Origin: Bacilli bacterium
GTDB lineage: Bacteria > Bacillota_I > Bacilli_A > RF39 > UBA660
Direction: 5' to 3'
Assembly: GCA_017484125.1 (NCBI GenBank)
Contig: JAFUTV010000007.1
Span: 21,875-85,874 of the forward strand
Length of the DNA stretch: 64,000 bases
Shown here piece after piece: positions 18,644 through 29,338 of this stretch; position 1 is the stretch's first letter, and each line of letters begins with the position of its first letter. Under the pieces are notes generated by a model. The model had not been told where the DNA came from. It did not search any database and saw only the letters and a program-made list of their open reading frames with translations. The position numbers and the translations under genes were made by a program.

Positions 18644-20068
18644 TTATTTATTTAATAAATCTCTTAATAATTTTTTTGTAATTACAGGATTTGCTTTTCC
18701 TTTTGTTTCCTTCATTACTTGACCTACAAAATAATCAAATAAATTAGTTTTACCATTTAAATATGCCTCTTTTTGAGCCAAGTTATTATTAATAATACTT
18801 ACAATTAAATCTCTTAAATAAGATTCATCAGATAATTGAGTATTATCTTTTATATATGTATTTGGCTCTTTATTTTCTAAAATAGATTTAGCAAATATTT
18901 CTTTTGCTTGTTTAGATGATATATTATTATTTAAAATATTATCTGTTATTTGTTTTAAATAATTAGGAGTAATATAAAAATCTTTAATTGAAATATTTGA
19001 CTTATTTAATTCTCCTAAAATATTTACTGTAACCCAATTAGATGCTATTTGTTTATCTATACCAATTTTAATACATTCATCATAATAATCTGATAAATCT
19101 TTATTTTTAATTAATGTATTAGCATCTTCTTCAGTTAATTTATATTCATTTAAATATCTTTGTTTTCTTGATAATGGAAGTTCTGGTATATCATTTACAA
19201 TTTTATCTACCATTTCCTTTTCTATTTTAAATGGAGGAATATTAGGCTCAATAAAATACTTATAATCAATAGCATCTACTTTTGTACGCATTCTAATTGT
19301 TGTTTGAGTATCTTCATCAAATCTTCTTGTCTCTTGAACTAATTCTTCACTATGATTAAAATAGGCTTCTCTTTGTCTTTTTTCTTCATAATTAATTGTA
19401 GCAAAGATATTGCCTAATGAATTAACATTTTTAGTTTCAGATCTAGGAGTAACATACTCACCTTTTTCATTAGCTAAAGAAACATTAACATCACATCTAA
19501 CTTGTCCTCTTTTAGTATCAGCATCAGATATATTAGTATATTGATATATTTTTATCATATTTTCTAAGAAACTAACAGCATCTTTAGCACAATTAAAACA
19601 TGGTTCTGTTACTACCTCTAAAAGAGGTACACCTGCTCTATTATAATCTATTATTGATGTATTATTTAAGTGATCAAGTGAAGCACTGTCTTCTTCCAAG
19701 TGAATATCATGAATAATTGCTCTTTTTATTTTATTACCTGAATCATATTCTAAATATCCATTAATGCCAACAGGCTTACTACATTGAGTTATTTGATAGC
19801 CTTTTGGAAGGTCTGGATAATAATAGTTTTTACGATCAAATATCATTACATCAGGTATTTGGCAATGTAAAATACTAGCCATTTTAATAGCCTCTTCTAC
19901 ACAATATTTATTAACTACTGGAAGAATTCCTGGAAAAGCCATGTCTACTGGTGATACATTTATATTTGCTGTATCGCTATAAGCATTTCTACCATCAGAA
20001 AACACTTTAGAATTAGATTTTAACTCACAGTGCATTTCAAGTCCAATAACAACATGTAAATTTTCCAT
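18644..20068 (-). CDS. gatB: Asp/Glu-tRNA amidotransferase subunit B
   Basis: VIGLEMHCEL, FDRKNYYYPDLPKGYQITQ, HLEED, YNRAGVPLLEVVTEP, RCDVNVS. Confidence 0.97.
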   Translation of the reverse strand: MENLHVVIGLEMHCELKSNSKVFSDGRNAYSDTANINVSPVDMAFPGILPVVNKYCVEEAIKMASILHCQIPDVMIFDRKNYYYPDLPKGYQITQCSKPVGINGYLEYDSGNKIKRAIIHDIHLEEDSASLDHLNNTSIIDYNRAGVPLLEVVTEPCFNCAKDAVSFLENMIKIYQYTNISDADTKRGQVRCDVNVSLANEKGEYVTPRSETKNVNSLGNIFATINYEEKRQREAYFNHSEELVQETRRFDEDTQTTIRMRTKVDAIDYKYFIEPNIPPFKIEKEMVDKIVNDIPELPLSRKQRYLNEYKLTEEDANTLIKNKDLSDYYDECIKIGIDKQIASNWVTVNILGELNKSNISIKDFYITPNYLKQITDNILNNNISSKQAKEIFAKSILENKEPNTYIKDNTQLSDESYLRDLIVSIINNNLAQKEAYLNGKTNLFDYFVGQVMKETKGKANPVITKKLLRDLLNK

Positions 20069-21525
20069 TATTTCACTTCCTTAACTATTTGATTTTTATA
20101 TTCCATTTTTGATTCAATAGCATATGCTATATTTAAAACATTTGCATCATCAAATATGTTTCCGGTAATATTAAGTCCAACAGGTAAATCATTAACAAAT
20201 CCACATGGAATAGTTATTGAAGGAAAACCACCAAAATTTCCTATTTGTAAGTGTTCTTCTAAAATTTTAGTTGGACCATCAATAATAGATTTATCATCAA
20301 ACTTTTTTGCAGGTCCTGAAGAAACTGGTAATATAATTGCATCATAATCTTTAAAAATATTTTTCCATTTTTCAACTATTAATCTTCTAACTCTTTGGGC
20401 ATTTTTAAAATATCTATCTTGGTTTTCTCTTTGCAAAACATATGATCCTATTACAAATCTTCTTTTAATAAGTGGAGAAAATCCTTTTGTTCTATGATCT
20501 TTCATTTGTTCAGTTACACTTGCACCGCTTCCGGCTGGTCCAAATATTATTCCTGTTAAATTAGACATATTAGATGTAGCTTCAGCAAAGGCAATAATAT
20601 TATAAACCGATGCAACTGTTGCAAGTAGTTTTTCATCAACACTTATTTCATCAATAATTATATTATCTTTTCTTACTTTATCTATAACATTGTGAAAGTT
20701 TTCTAAGTGCTTTTTTAATTCATCTGTTGCATTAGGATAATTATTAATATCACATATTTCTTTTATATAACATAATTTTTTATTTTTAATATCACCATTA
20801 ATTGATTCATATAAATTAATATTTGATGAATCCCATGTTGTCATATCTTTAGGATCTAATCCTTTCATATTATCTACAACAATAGCAGCATCTTTTACAC
20901 TTCTTGTAAATACACCACAATGATCTAAAGAAGATGCATAAGCAAATAAACCATATCTGGAAATCATACCATATGTTGGTTTATAACCTACTACACCGCA
21001 ATAAGCAGCTGGTTTTCTAATTGAATCACCAGAATCTGAACCAAGAGCATAAGGATAAACACCATAAGCAACACTAGCAGCAGAACCCGCTGATGATCCA
21101 GCACACATTCTTGTATGATCCCATGGATTTTTAATTATACCAGTTCTTGCAGTTGTTCCTGTTCCGCCCATTCCAAATTCATCCATTGCAGTTTTTTGAG
21201 CAATAATTGCATTAGCTTTATTTAAATTAACAATAGAGGTTGCATCAAAAAAAGGTACATAATCTTTTAAAGTATTAGAAGAAGCAGTTGAAAGTATACC
21301 TTTTGTAGAATAATTAGCTTTTACTCCATAGGGAATACCCGATAATAAATTATCATTTACTTCTTTTATTTCTGGATTTTCTATCATATAATCAAAAACA
21401 TTACATTTTTCTTGTAAATCTTTTGCTAATTGTTTTGATTCATTTACTAACTCTTCAACACTTATTTCTTTATTAATTAATTTTTGATGTAATTGCTCAA
21501 TAGTTAAATAATTATACTTCATCAT
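20068..21525 (-). CDS. gatA: Asp/Glu-tRNA amidotransferase subunit A
   Basis: Amidase signature GSSAGSAASV, LGSDSGDSIRKPAAYCGVVGYKPTYG; lies between gatC and gatB. Confidence 0.95.
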   Translation of the reverse strand: MMKYNYLTIEQLHQKLINKEISVEELVNESKQLAKDLQEKCNVFDYMIENPEIKEVNDNLLSGIPYGVKANYSTKGILSTASSNTLKDYVPFFDATSIVNLNKANAIIAQKTAMDEFGMGGTGTTARTGIIKNPWDHTRMCAGSSAGSAASVAYGVYPYALGSDSGDSIRKPAAYCGVVGYKPTYGMISRYGLFAYASSLDHCGVFTRSVKDAAIVVDNMKGLDPKDMTTWDSSNINLYESINGDIKNKKLCYIKEICDINNYPNATDELKKHLENFHNVIDKVRKDNIIIDEISVDEKLLATVASVYNIIAFAEATSNMSNLTGIIFGPAGSGASVTEQMKDHRTKGFSPLIKRRFVIGSYVLQRENQDRYFKNAQRVRRLIVEKWKNIFKDYDAIILPVSSGPAKKFDDKSIIDGPTKILEEHLQIGNFGGFPSITIPCGFVNDLPVGLNITGNIFDDANVLNIAYAIESKMEYKNQIVKEVK

Positions 21526-21823
21526 TTCCTACCACCTTTGGCACTTCAATCTCACGTCCTATTTTATTTTTGGCATTAAAAAGCAAATCAGATATATCAG
21601 GAGTAACACCTGCTATATCTTCTCTTAATTCTTTGATTTGCATATTATCTAAAGCATGAGTCATTACTTCAACATTTTCAATGCCTTCAATAGTATTTAC
21701 AATATCTATATCCTTATCTATTACATCAAATTCAGATAAAACCATTGCGTTTTCTTCTTCTGTCAGACCAATTAATAGTTTTTCAGCATAACTATCAACC
21801 ATTTCTTTAGTAAATTTGCTCAT
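21512..21823 (-). CDS. gatC: Asp/Glu-tRNA amidotransferase subunit C
   Basis: Size, position upstream of gatA, LREDI...VPKVV. Confidence 0.88.
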   Translation of the reverse strand: MSKFTKEMVDSYAEKLLIGLTEEENAMVLSEFDVIDKDIDIVNTIEGIENVEVMTHALDNMQIKELREDIAGVTPDISDLLFNAKNKIGREIEVPKVVGNDEV

Positions 21824-21840
21824 TAAAACACATCCTTTTG

Positions 21841-22575
21841 TTATTTATTTAAAAAGTTATTTGAATATTCCTCCAATGTATATTTTGTATCATCATTTTT
21901 TACAGTGACATAAGAATCAATATTTTTTTCTTTGGCAAAATTGATGACATCTTCACTCCAATTTAAATTACCTCTTTCTAAGATTTCAATACTACCATCC
22001 ATATTACTTTGAGTAAGAATATACATATATCCATAATTATCTAAAATGTTATTTGCCTTATAAATATATAACATTAACTTTGGATTTTCTAAATTATCCA
22101 TGCTATCTTTATAAAATATTGCTATATAATTACTTGCAATACCATTTTCATCATAGGAAACTTCATCAAAATCCACAACTATTTCAGAAAATATCTTATC
22201 TCTATATTCATCAATAGTGTATTGTTTGTCATCACCTGGTATAATTACATATGTATAAGCATTATTTTCTTCTGCTTTAGTAAAAACTTCATCAATAATA
22301 TCAACTATACCTTCAGCACCTATACTAGTAATTTTTTTATCTTTATTCTTTTCTGTTGGTGATATTTTTGCACTAACATATTTAAATTTATTATTTTCTT
22401 CTTTATAAATATAAGTTTCATAAACTACATCATCAACTTCTCCATGAAATGTTGCAATATAACTAGCTGGAATAACATCACTTTTTTCATTATTATTTAT
22501 AAAATTAAAATATCCTAAAACCCCTAAAACTACAGCTATAATAATAACCGCTATAATTAAAATATTCTTTTTCAT
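21841..22575 (-). CDS. membrane-anchored protein with tandem duplicated domain
   Basis: Signal/TM segment, then two similar halves (ASYIATF..YIYK..YTIDEY and SNYIAIF..YIYK..YTLEEY). Confidence 0.65.
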   Translation of the reverse strand: MKKNILIIAVIIIAVVLGVLGYFNFINNNEKSDVIPASYIATFHGEVDDVVYETYIYKEENNKFKYVSAKISPTEKNKDKKITSIGAEGIVDIIDEVFTKAEENNAYTYVIIPGDDKQYTIDEYRDKIFSEIVVDFDEVSYDENGIASNYIAIFYKDSMDNLENPKLMLYIYKANNILDNYGYMYILTQSNMDGSIEILERGNLNWSEDVINFAKEKNIDSYVTVKNDDTKYTLEEYSNNFLNK

Positions 22576-22586
22576 AAAAAATCTCC

Positions 22587-23852
22587 TTAACTATTCATGT
22601 CTAAATAATCTACTAAATCTGCTTCAGCAATTATTTGTTCTTCTTTTGTTAAATTATCTTTGATTTTAACATTTCCATTTTTAATATCATCACTATTTAA
22701 TATTATTAAATATCTTGCATGTAATCTATCGGCTTGTTTAAACTGACCTTTTAAATTTCTACCATTATATTCTGTATCAGTGGTAAATCCATTCATTCTT
22801 AATGCTTGATTTAAACTTATTGCATATTCTTTTTCTAAATCGTTGACATACATAATAAATGCATCTATCTCATTTTTAATATTTAATTTTATATCTTCAT
22901 GTTCTAATACAAGTAATAATCTATCAAGACCTCCAGCAAAACCCATTGCAGAAGTTTCCGGTCCATCTAATTCACTTACTAGTTTATTATATCTTCCACC
23001 ACCACATAAAACTGATCCTGGTCCTAAATCTTTAACATCTGCAACTACTTCAAATACGCTATGATTATAATAATCTAAACCTCTAACTATATTTTCATCA
23101 ATAATATATTCTATTTGCATTAAATCTAAATATTTTTGAACCATTTCAAATCTATTTTTTGCGTCATCTGATAAATAATCTAATATTTTAGGTGCATTCT
23201 TAATAATTTCTTTATCTCCATCAACTTTACAATCTAATATTCTTAAAGGATTCTTATTATATCTTTCTTTACAATCATCACATAAAGTATCAATGCTATC
23301 TTTAAAATATTTTTTTAATGCATCATGATATTTTTTTCTTGTTTCTTCATCGCCTAAAGAATTAATTTTAACTTTTACATTTTTAAGACCTAGTAATTTA
23401 TACAAATTAACAGGAATAGATATTATTTCAGCATCCATTGCTGGATCATTTGTTCCTAATACTTCACACCCATATTGGCTAAATTCCCTTAATCTTCCTG
23501 ATTGAGGTCTTTCATAACGATACATTGTACCACTATAGTAGAGTTTTATTGGTTGAATAGCATCACCATACATTTTATTTTCTATATAGCTTCTTACAAC
23601 ACCAGCAGTACCCTCAGGTCTAAGGGTTACTTCTCTATCTCCACGATCAATAAAGTCATAAGTTTCTTTAGTAACAATATCACTAGAATCGCCTACACTT
23701 CTATGAAATAATTCACTTGCTTCTAAAATAGGTGTTCTAATATAATTATAATTATAATGTTCAAAAACTGATCTTATGGCATCTTCTATATACATCCATT
23801 TTTTAGAATAATCACCATAAACATCAACCATTCCTTTTTGCTTAGTAATCAT
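22587..23852 (-). CDS. hisS: histidine--tRNA ligase
   Basis: RPEGTAG, YRYERPQSGRLREFSQ, RGLDYY, GGGRY. Confidence 0.97.
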   Translation of the reverse strand: MITKQKGMVDVYGDYSKKWMYIEDAIRSVFEHYNYNYIRTPILEASELFHRSVGDSSDIVTKETYDFIDRGDREVTLRPEGTAGVVRSYIENKMYGDAIQPIKLYYSGTMYRYERPQSGRLREFSQYGCEVLGTNDPAMDAEIISIPVNLYKLLGLKNVKVKINSLGDEETRKKYHDALKKYFKDSIDTLCDDCKERYNKNPLRILDCKVDGDKEIIKNAPKILDYLSDDAKNRFEMVQKYLDLMQIEYIIDENIVRGLDYYNHSVFEVVADVKDLGPGSVLCGGGRYNKLVSELDGPETSAMGFAGGLDRLLLVLEHEDIKLNIKNEIDAFIMYVNDLEKEYAISLNQALRMNGFTTDTEYNGRNLKGQFKQADRLHARYLIILNSDDIKNGNVKIKDNLTKEEQIIAEADLVDYLDMNS

Positions 23853-23917
23853 ATGTTTTTCTCCTTTATTTAAATTAGTATGTATTATAACATTTTTTTG
23901 CTTTAAGTCAATTTTAT

Positions 23918-25270
23918 TTAGGTAGTTTCTTTAACATTATCTCTAGTTCTTATAAGTGTCCAATCTTCCATATTATAATAATATTCTGTTGTTAAATGAG
24001 TTGCGCTTTGTTCTTTTGGTGTAGAAATAATTAAAGTATTTCCCATTAATTTTATAGTATATGGTTTAATATTTGTATATGAAATTGTGAATTCTAATTT
24101 AATTTTTGATATTACTTCTTTTCCATCATAATCAATTATATATAAGTAATCATCTTTTGTATATGCTAAAAATTTATCATAAGCCTTTAAATCATCTATA
24201 TCATCTTTAGATAACACATTAACAGCATCTTGATTATATAAATAATATGTTTTTCTTAAAGTGTTTTCATTTTTAACATAAGCAATAATATATATCTTAT
24301 CATTTTTATAATATAAACTATCAATTGTTTCAGTTATTGGTGAAGAATATGCTCTTGTATTGGCATTCATTACAATCCATTGATTTGTTTCATCTTTAAA
24401 AATGTATAATTTATTTTCTTCATCATAATTAATATACTTGTATTTATAATCTTCAAAATTAGCTACTTTTCCTTTTATTACTTCATCAATACCCCAACGA
24501 TCATTTTTCTTTACAATATATTTAGAAGAATCAATAGTACCAAACATTTTATTATCTTCATCACGTTCTAAAACTGTATATCTAACATCTTGATATTGAG
24601 CAATAATATGTTTAGCAACAATATCATATAAATATATATGTTTTTCTTCTGCTTGAGTATTTTTGCTTTTGTAGTCCGCAACAAATACATACCTGTTTTC
24701 AATAATACTCATTTGAATATTACTAGGTCTATTTTGTTTATCGTCATCTTCTTTACTAGATAATGCTATTTCACAATCATTTTCAGATAGCAAACATTTA
24801 TATGTTCCAAGCAAATTTTCATCTTTATCATAGAAGAATAACACTCCATTTACTTTGCTTTGTTTACTAATATTATCTGGTACAACATAGTTTTCATCTA
24901 TTTCAGGAAGATTTGGATCACTAGCAAATCTATTTAGTGTAGAATCAAATCTTATTGGTGACCAAAATGGTTTTATTTCAGTATCATTAATTGTTTCTCT
25001 TGTATAATATCTAAATAGCCAACCAATAGAATAATATGTTTCTACTTTACCATCATCATAATCTTTTGAAGAATAACTAATAGTTATTAAAGGATGTTCT
25101 CCATTAAAATATCTTCTTATATCATTTAATAATAATAATAAATAAGAAACTATAATAAGTAATATAACTATTGCTGTAATTCTTTTACGCATTATTTTTC
25201 TTTTTCTTAATTTAATTCTTCTAGCTTCTTCAATTTCTTCATACATACTTCCTGCAGTTCCATTAAACAT
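23918..25270 (-). CDS. membrane-anchored hypothetical protein, 450 aa
   Basis: Basic N-terminus and TM, then a beta-rich extracellular region. Confidence 0.7.
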   Translation of the reverse strand: MFNGTAGSMYEEIEEARRIKLRKRKIMRKRITAIVILLIIVSYLLLLLNDIRRYFNGEHPLITISYSSKDYDDGKVETYYSIGWLFRYYTRETINDTEIKPFWSPIRFDSTLNRFASDPNLPEIDENYVVPDNISKQSKVNGVLFFYDKDENLLGTYKCLLSENDCEIALSSKEDDDKQNRPSNIQMSIIENRYVFVADYKSKNTQAEEKHIYLYDIVAKHIIAQYQDVRYTVLERDEDNKMFGTIDSSKYIVKKNDRWGIDEVIKGKVANFEDYKYKYINYDEENKLYIFKDETNQWIVMNANTRAYSSPITETIDSLYYKNDKIYIIAYVKNENTLRKTYYLYNQDAVNVLSKDDIDDLKAYDKFLAYTKDDYLYIIDYDGKEVISKIKLEFTISYTNIKPYTIKLMGNTLIISTPKEQSATHLTTEYYYNMEDWTLIRTRDNVKETT

Positions 25271-25368
25271 ATATTAATCACCCTTTTTTTAAATTATCTA
25301 TTATTACTATCAATTATTATACTACAAATTAAGTTCTATTCCTATAGTTTTTTATTAATTTTAATAGA

Positions 25369-25397
25369 AAAAGTGATGAATATTATTCATCACTTTT
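25369..25397 (-). terminator. intrinsic terminator after the relA-dtd-TPR genes
   Basis: AAAAGTGATGAAT-ATT-ATTCATCACTTTT. Confidence 0.7.
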
Positions 25398-25399
25398 AA

Positions 25400-26374
25400 T
25401 TATTTTATATTATATCTTTTATTAAACTTTTCTATTTGAGTTAATCTTTTAATAATTTTTTTAGGCTCATTTTCAACTTTTTTTTCTAATACTAATAGTT
25501 TATCAGTATAGATGTTTTTATTTTTATCATCTAATAATTCAATATATTTTTTTGCATTATCAAATTCTCTCATTTCCATATATAAATCAATAATGAAAAA
25601 TAACCCCTGTCCAAAAATATTATAGTCTAATACCTCTTCAGTCATACAAATAGCTTCTTCAATAAAACCCGATTTATATTTTATTTTAGCTAGTAAAAAA
25701 TATGCTCTATAATGTACTTCATTTCTAATTCCTAAAGCATTTTTTAAATAAATTTTAGCCTTTTTAAAATCATTTTTATTATAATAAATTTTACCAATAT
25801 AAAAATTTTTTTCTTGTTCATTTGTTCTATTAAAGAAATTGCTTTCTATATTTAAAAGTATATTTAATGCTTCATTTTCTTTACCATCTTCAATTAATAG
25901 GATGCTTTTTTTTAATTTTAATAAAGAATCTTTATTATTATTATTTAAAACATTTAAAATATTGTATGCTTTATTTTTATTACCCATTTTTATATAAATA
26001 TCCGCTAACTTTAATTGAATATAATACCTATTATGCTCATATAATTGATAGCATTTATTTAAAATATATTCAGCATCATCTAATTTATTAGTATTTGATA
26101 AAGTAATACCTAAAGATAATAATATTTTTTTATACATTTCATCATCTTTATCAATATTTTTTAAAGTATTTCTACAAATTATTTCAGCTTGTTGGTATAA
26201 TCTTTTTAAGTTTAATATTTTTACATAAGTTGGAATTATACCAACATCATTTGGATATTTCTCCATATAATCTTTTGTTTTTCTATAAGCAAGAGTAATA
26301 TTATTACTACTAATTAGTTTACTTATTAAATATATTTCATCATTGTCATAAAACATTTTCATATAATCCCCCAA
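25400..26374 (-). CDS. tetratricopeptide repeat protein
   Basis: Repeated TPR-like helices (LSLGITLS..DAEYIL, YIGKIYY..KAKIYL, LLAKIKY..EAI). Confidence 0.75.
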   Translation of the reverse strand: MGDYMKMFYDNDEIYLISKLISSNNITLAYRKTKDYMEKYPNDVGIIPTYVKILNLKRLYQQAEIICRNTLKNIDKDDEMYKKILLSLGITLSNTNKLDDAEYILNKCYQLYEHNRYYIQLKLADIYIKMGNKNKAYNILNVLNNNNKDSLLKLKKSILLIEDGKENEALNILLNIESNFFNRTNEQEKNFYIGKIYYNKNDFKKAKIYLKNALGIRNEVHYRAYFLLAKIKYKSGFIEEAICMTEEVLDYNIFGQGLFFIIDLYMEMREFDNAKKYIELLDDKNKNIYTDKLLVLEKKVENEPKKIIKRLTQIEKFNKRYNIK

Positions 26375-26384
26375 ACTAATATAT

Positions 26385-26825
26385 TTAATTTTCTTTTTCT
26401 AACATAATAGTTGTTGGGCCAATATTAGTCAAATTAATCTTCATATCAGCACCAAAAACACCTGGTAATGTTTTTATATGCTCATTTAATTTTTTATTAA
26501 ATAAATCATATAAAATACTAGATTTTTCACCTGGCATAGCATTTATATATGATGGCCTATTTCCTTTTTTGCTATCAGCATATAAAGTGAATTGAGAAAT
26601 TGATAAAATACTTCCATTAACATCTAATACCGACTTATTCATTATATTATTTTCATCTTCAAATATTCTTAAATTAATTACTTTATTAACCATAAAATCA
26701 ATAATTTTTTCATCATCACTATGAGTAAATCCAACAAATATTACTAAACCGTTATCTATTTCATTATATATTTTATTATCAATACTAACATTAGCATAAC
26801 CAGATTTTTGTACCAAAACTCTCAT
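26385..26825 (-). CDS. dtd: D-aminoacyl-tRNA deacylase
   Basis: MRVLVQ, SISQFTLYAD.KKGNRPS, GVFGADM, N.GPTT; follows relA. Confidence 0.95.
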   Translation of the reverse strand: MRVLVQKSGYANVSIDNKIYNEIDNGLVIFVGFTHSDDEKIIDFMVNKVINLRIFEDENNIMNKSVLDVNGSILSISQFTLYADSKKGNRPSYINAMPGEKSSILYDLFNKKLNEHIKTLPGVFGADMKINLTNIGPTTIMLEKEN

Positions 26826-28984
26826 TAATCCATCACTCTTTCTACACTAATTACATAAGATAGATTTTCTAAATTAATTATTAAATTATTTAATTCTTGT
26901 AAATTACTTACTCTAACTTTAAATTTATATGTAATATTTGATGTATCCTCTTTGGTTTTAATACTATCAATATATATATTTTTTGAAGAAGACACGGCAA
27001 TTATATCAAGTAATCTATTCTTATCATTATCTACTTTAATTGCAATTGTAGTTAAATATGTATTATCACTATTTTTATTCCAATCAACATCAATAAGTCT
27101 TTTAGTTTCATTTTTAATATTAGGACAATCTATTTTATGAACAGTTATACCTTCTCCTTTAGTAATATATCCCTTAATAGCATCTCCTTTTATTGGATGA
27201 CAACAATTGGCTAAGCTAATTTTAATGTTACTAGTACCAGATACAATTATGTCTGATTTATAATCTATTTTTTCTTTATAATTTGATAATTTTTCTACTT
27301 TTTTAAGTAAAATATCAGAAACATCTTTTTTATCTTCATATATTGAATTTATTATAAACGTTGGTGTATATCTTAATGATCCTAATGATAAATATATATC
27401 TTCTAGATTTTCTAATTTTAAATCTTGAGTTAATTTATTAATATGATCATTTGATAATACTTCATTAATAGATAATTTTCTTTTTCTAATTTCTTTTTCA
27501 AGTAATTCTTTTCCAATTTCAATATAATGTTCTCTATCTTGTTTAGAAAAAAATGATTTAATCTTATTTTTTGCTTGAGTAGTTTTAACAAAATTTAACC
27601 ATTCTTTTGATGGTGTACTTGTCTTATCTATTTTAATATTTACTATATCACCATCATTTAACTGTGAATCAAGAGGAACAATCTTATTATTTACTATAGC
27701 ACCAACGCATGTATCTCCAACTTTTGAATGAATACGATATGCAAAATCAACAGGTGTTGAAGAAATTGGAAGTTCAATAACATCTCCTTTTGGTGTAAAG
27801 CAATAAATCATTTTTCCTAAAAATTCTGAATTTATTGTATTTTCAAAATCAGTGTCAGAACTATTATCATCATTTTGTTCGATTAGATTTCTAAATAATT
27901 CTAATTTTTCTTCCATTATATTAGTTACAGAGCCATCACTATGTTCTTTATATGACCAGTGACTAGCAATTCCTTTTTCAGCAACTTCATCCATTTCATA
28001 TGTTCTAACTTGTACTTCAAATACATATGAATCAACGCCAAAAATAGATGTATGAAGAGATTGATACATATTTCCTTTTGGCATAGCAATATAATCTTTA
28101 AAACGATTAGGAAGAGGTCTAAATTTAGAATGAATTAAACCAATAACTAGGTAACATTCTTCAACTTTTTCAACAATAATTCTAAGTGCTAAAATATCAT
28201 ATATTTCGTCCCATTTATGTCCATTAACCATTTTTTCATAAATACTATGAACACTTTTTACTCTACCTTTAATTTTAAACTTAATACCATGTTCAGTTAA
28301 AATTTGTGATATTTCTGCTTTCATATCTTCAAGTTCATTATTAAGTTCATCATGAGTATTTTCTAATCTCTCTAATATTTCATTATAAATATCAGGTTTA
28401 GAATATTTAAGACATAAGTCTTCAAGTTCTGATTTTATTGTATTAATTCCAAGACGAGCTGCAATAGGAATTAATACATTTTCAGTTTCAATTATTTTTT
28501 CTTTTCTTGCATGATCATCAAGTGCCCATATAGTTCTCATATTATGAAGACGATCAGCAAGCTTTACATATAATACTCTAACATCTTCAGAAAGACCTAC
28601 CATAACTTTTCTAAGTTTCATAGCAGAAGATTCTTTATCATCATATAAAGTTAATTTATTTATTTTAGATATAGCATCAACAATCATGGAAATATCATGA
28701 CCAAACATATCATCAATTATTTCTTTAGAAGAACCTCCATGATTAATTGTTTCATGAAGTAATGCTGCACTAATAGTAATATAATCAACATTTAAATCTG
28801 TTAAAATCATTGCAACATTTAAGGGATGAGTTATATAACTTTCACCATTTTTTCTTGATTTATCCTTATGACATGAATAAGCATAAAGATAAGCTTTATT
28901 AATAACTTTTAATTCTTCTTCATCTTTTATACATTCTTTTACAACTTTAAGCAAATCATCAATTGTTATTTCCATATATTTCAT
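26825..28984 (-). CDS. relA: bifunctional (p)ppGpp synthetase/hydrolase
   Basis: HD domain (YITHP, LLHET, KLADRLHNMRT), synthetase (GRVKS, YQSLHT, EVQVRT), TGS and ACT regions. Confidence 0.96.
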   Translation of the reverse strand: MKYMEITIDDLLKVVKECIKDEEELKVINKAYLYAYSCHKDKSRKNGESYITHPLNVAMILTDLNVDYITISAALLHETINHGGSSKEIIDDMFGHDISMIVDAISKINKLTLYDDKESSAMKLRKVMVGLSEDVRVLYVKLADRLHNMRTIWALDDHARKEKIIETENVLIPIAARLGINTIKSELEDLCLKYSKPDIYNEILERLENTHDELNNELEDMKAEISQILTEHGIKFKIKGRVKSVHSIYEKMVNGHKWDEIYDILALRIIVEKVEECYLVIGLIHSKFRPLPNRFKDYIAMPKGNMYQSLHTSIFGVDSYVFEVQVRTYEMDEVAEKGIASHWSYKEHSDGSVTNIMEEKLELFRNLIEQNDDNSSDTDFENTINSEFLGKMIYCFTPKGDVIELPISSTPVDFAYRIHSKVGDTCVGAIVNNKIVPLDSQLNDGDIVNIKIDKTSTPSKEWLNFVKTTQAKNKIKSFFSKQDREHYIEIGKELLEKEIRKRKLSINEVLSNDHINKLTQDLKLENLEDIYLSLGSLRYTPTFIINSIYEDKKDVSDILLKKVEKLSNYKEKIDYKSDIIVSGTSNIKISLANCCHPIKGDAIKGYITKGEGITVHKIDCPNIKNETKRLIDVDWNKNSDNTYLTTIAIKVDNDKNRLLDIIAVSSSKNIYIDSIKTKEDTSNITYKFKVRVSNLQELNNLIINLENLSYVISVERVMD

Positions 28985-29258
28985 CCTTTTCTTTTAAAGC
29001 ATCAATCTTATTTTTTATAATTTTATCTTGAACAAAACTATCTATTTTATCATTATCTAAATATAAAATATCATCAACCATCTCATCTAAAGTTAAATTA
29101 TTAGCATTAGCCCATTTTGTTTCACTTAAATATTTAAAAATATCTTCTTCACTTATATATTTTTTATTATCTAATTTTAATTCTTTAACTTTACTTCTTA
29201 AAGCTGGTTTAATTCTATTATATAAATCTTGTAAACTACTAAATTTAATTGAATCCAT
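28959..29258 (-). CDS. comN: ComN-like post-transcriptional regulator
   Basis: ISEEDIFKYL...W....LDEMVDDIL pattern; divergent from spoVB as in B. subtilis. Confidence 0.65.
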   Translation of the reverse strand: MDSIKFSSLQDLYNRIKPALRSKVKELKLDNKKYISEEDIFKYLSETKWANANNLTLDEMVDDILYLDNDKIDSFVQDKIIKNKIDALKEKDEIYGNNN

Positions 29259-29338
29259 ATTTTTTTCACCTAAAAATTCTATTTAATACATATATTTTAA
29301 TTATAAAACAAAATATGAAATATTTAAAGGGTGTTTAA

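Noticed and set aside
23853-23917. T-box leader upstream of hisS
   Set aside because: The intergenic region is only 65 nt and lacks T-box motifs.
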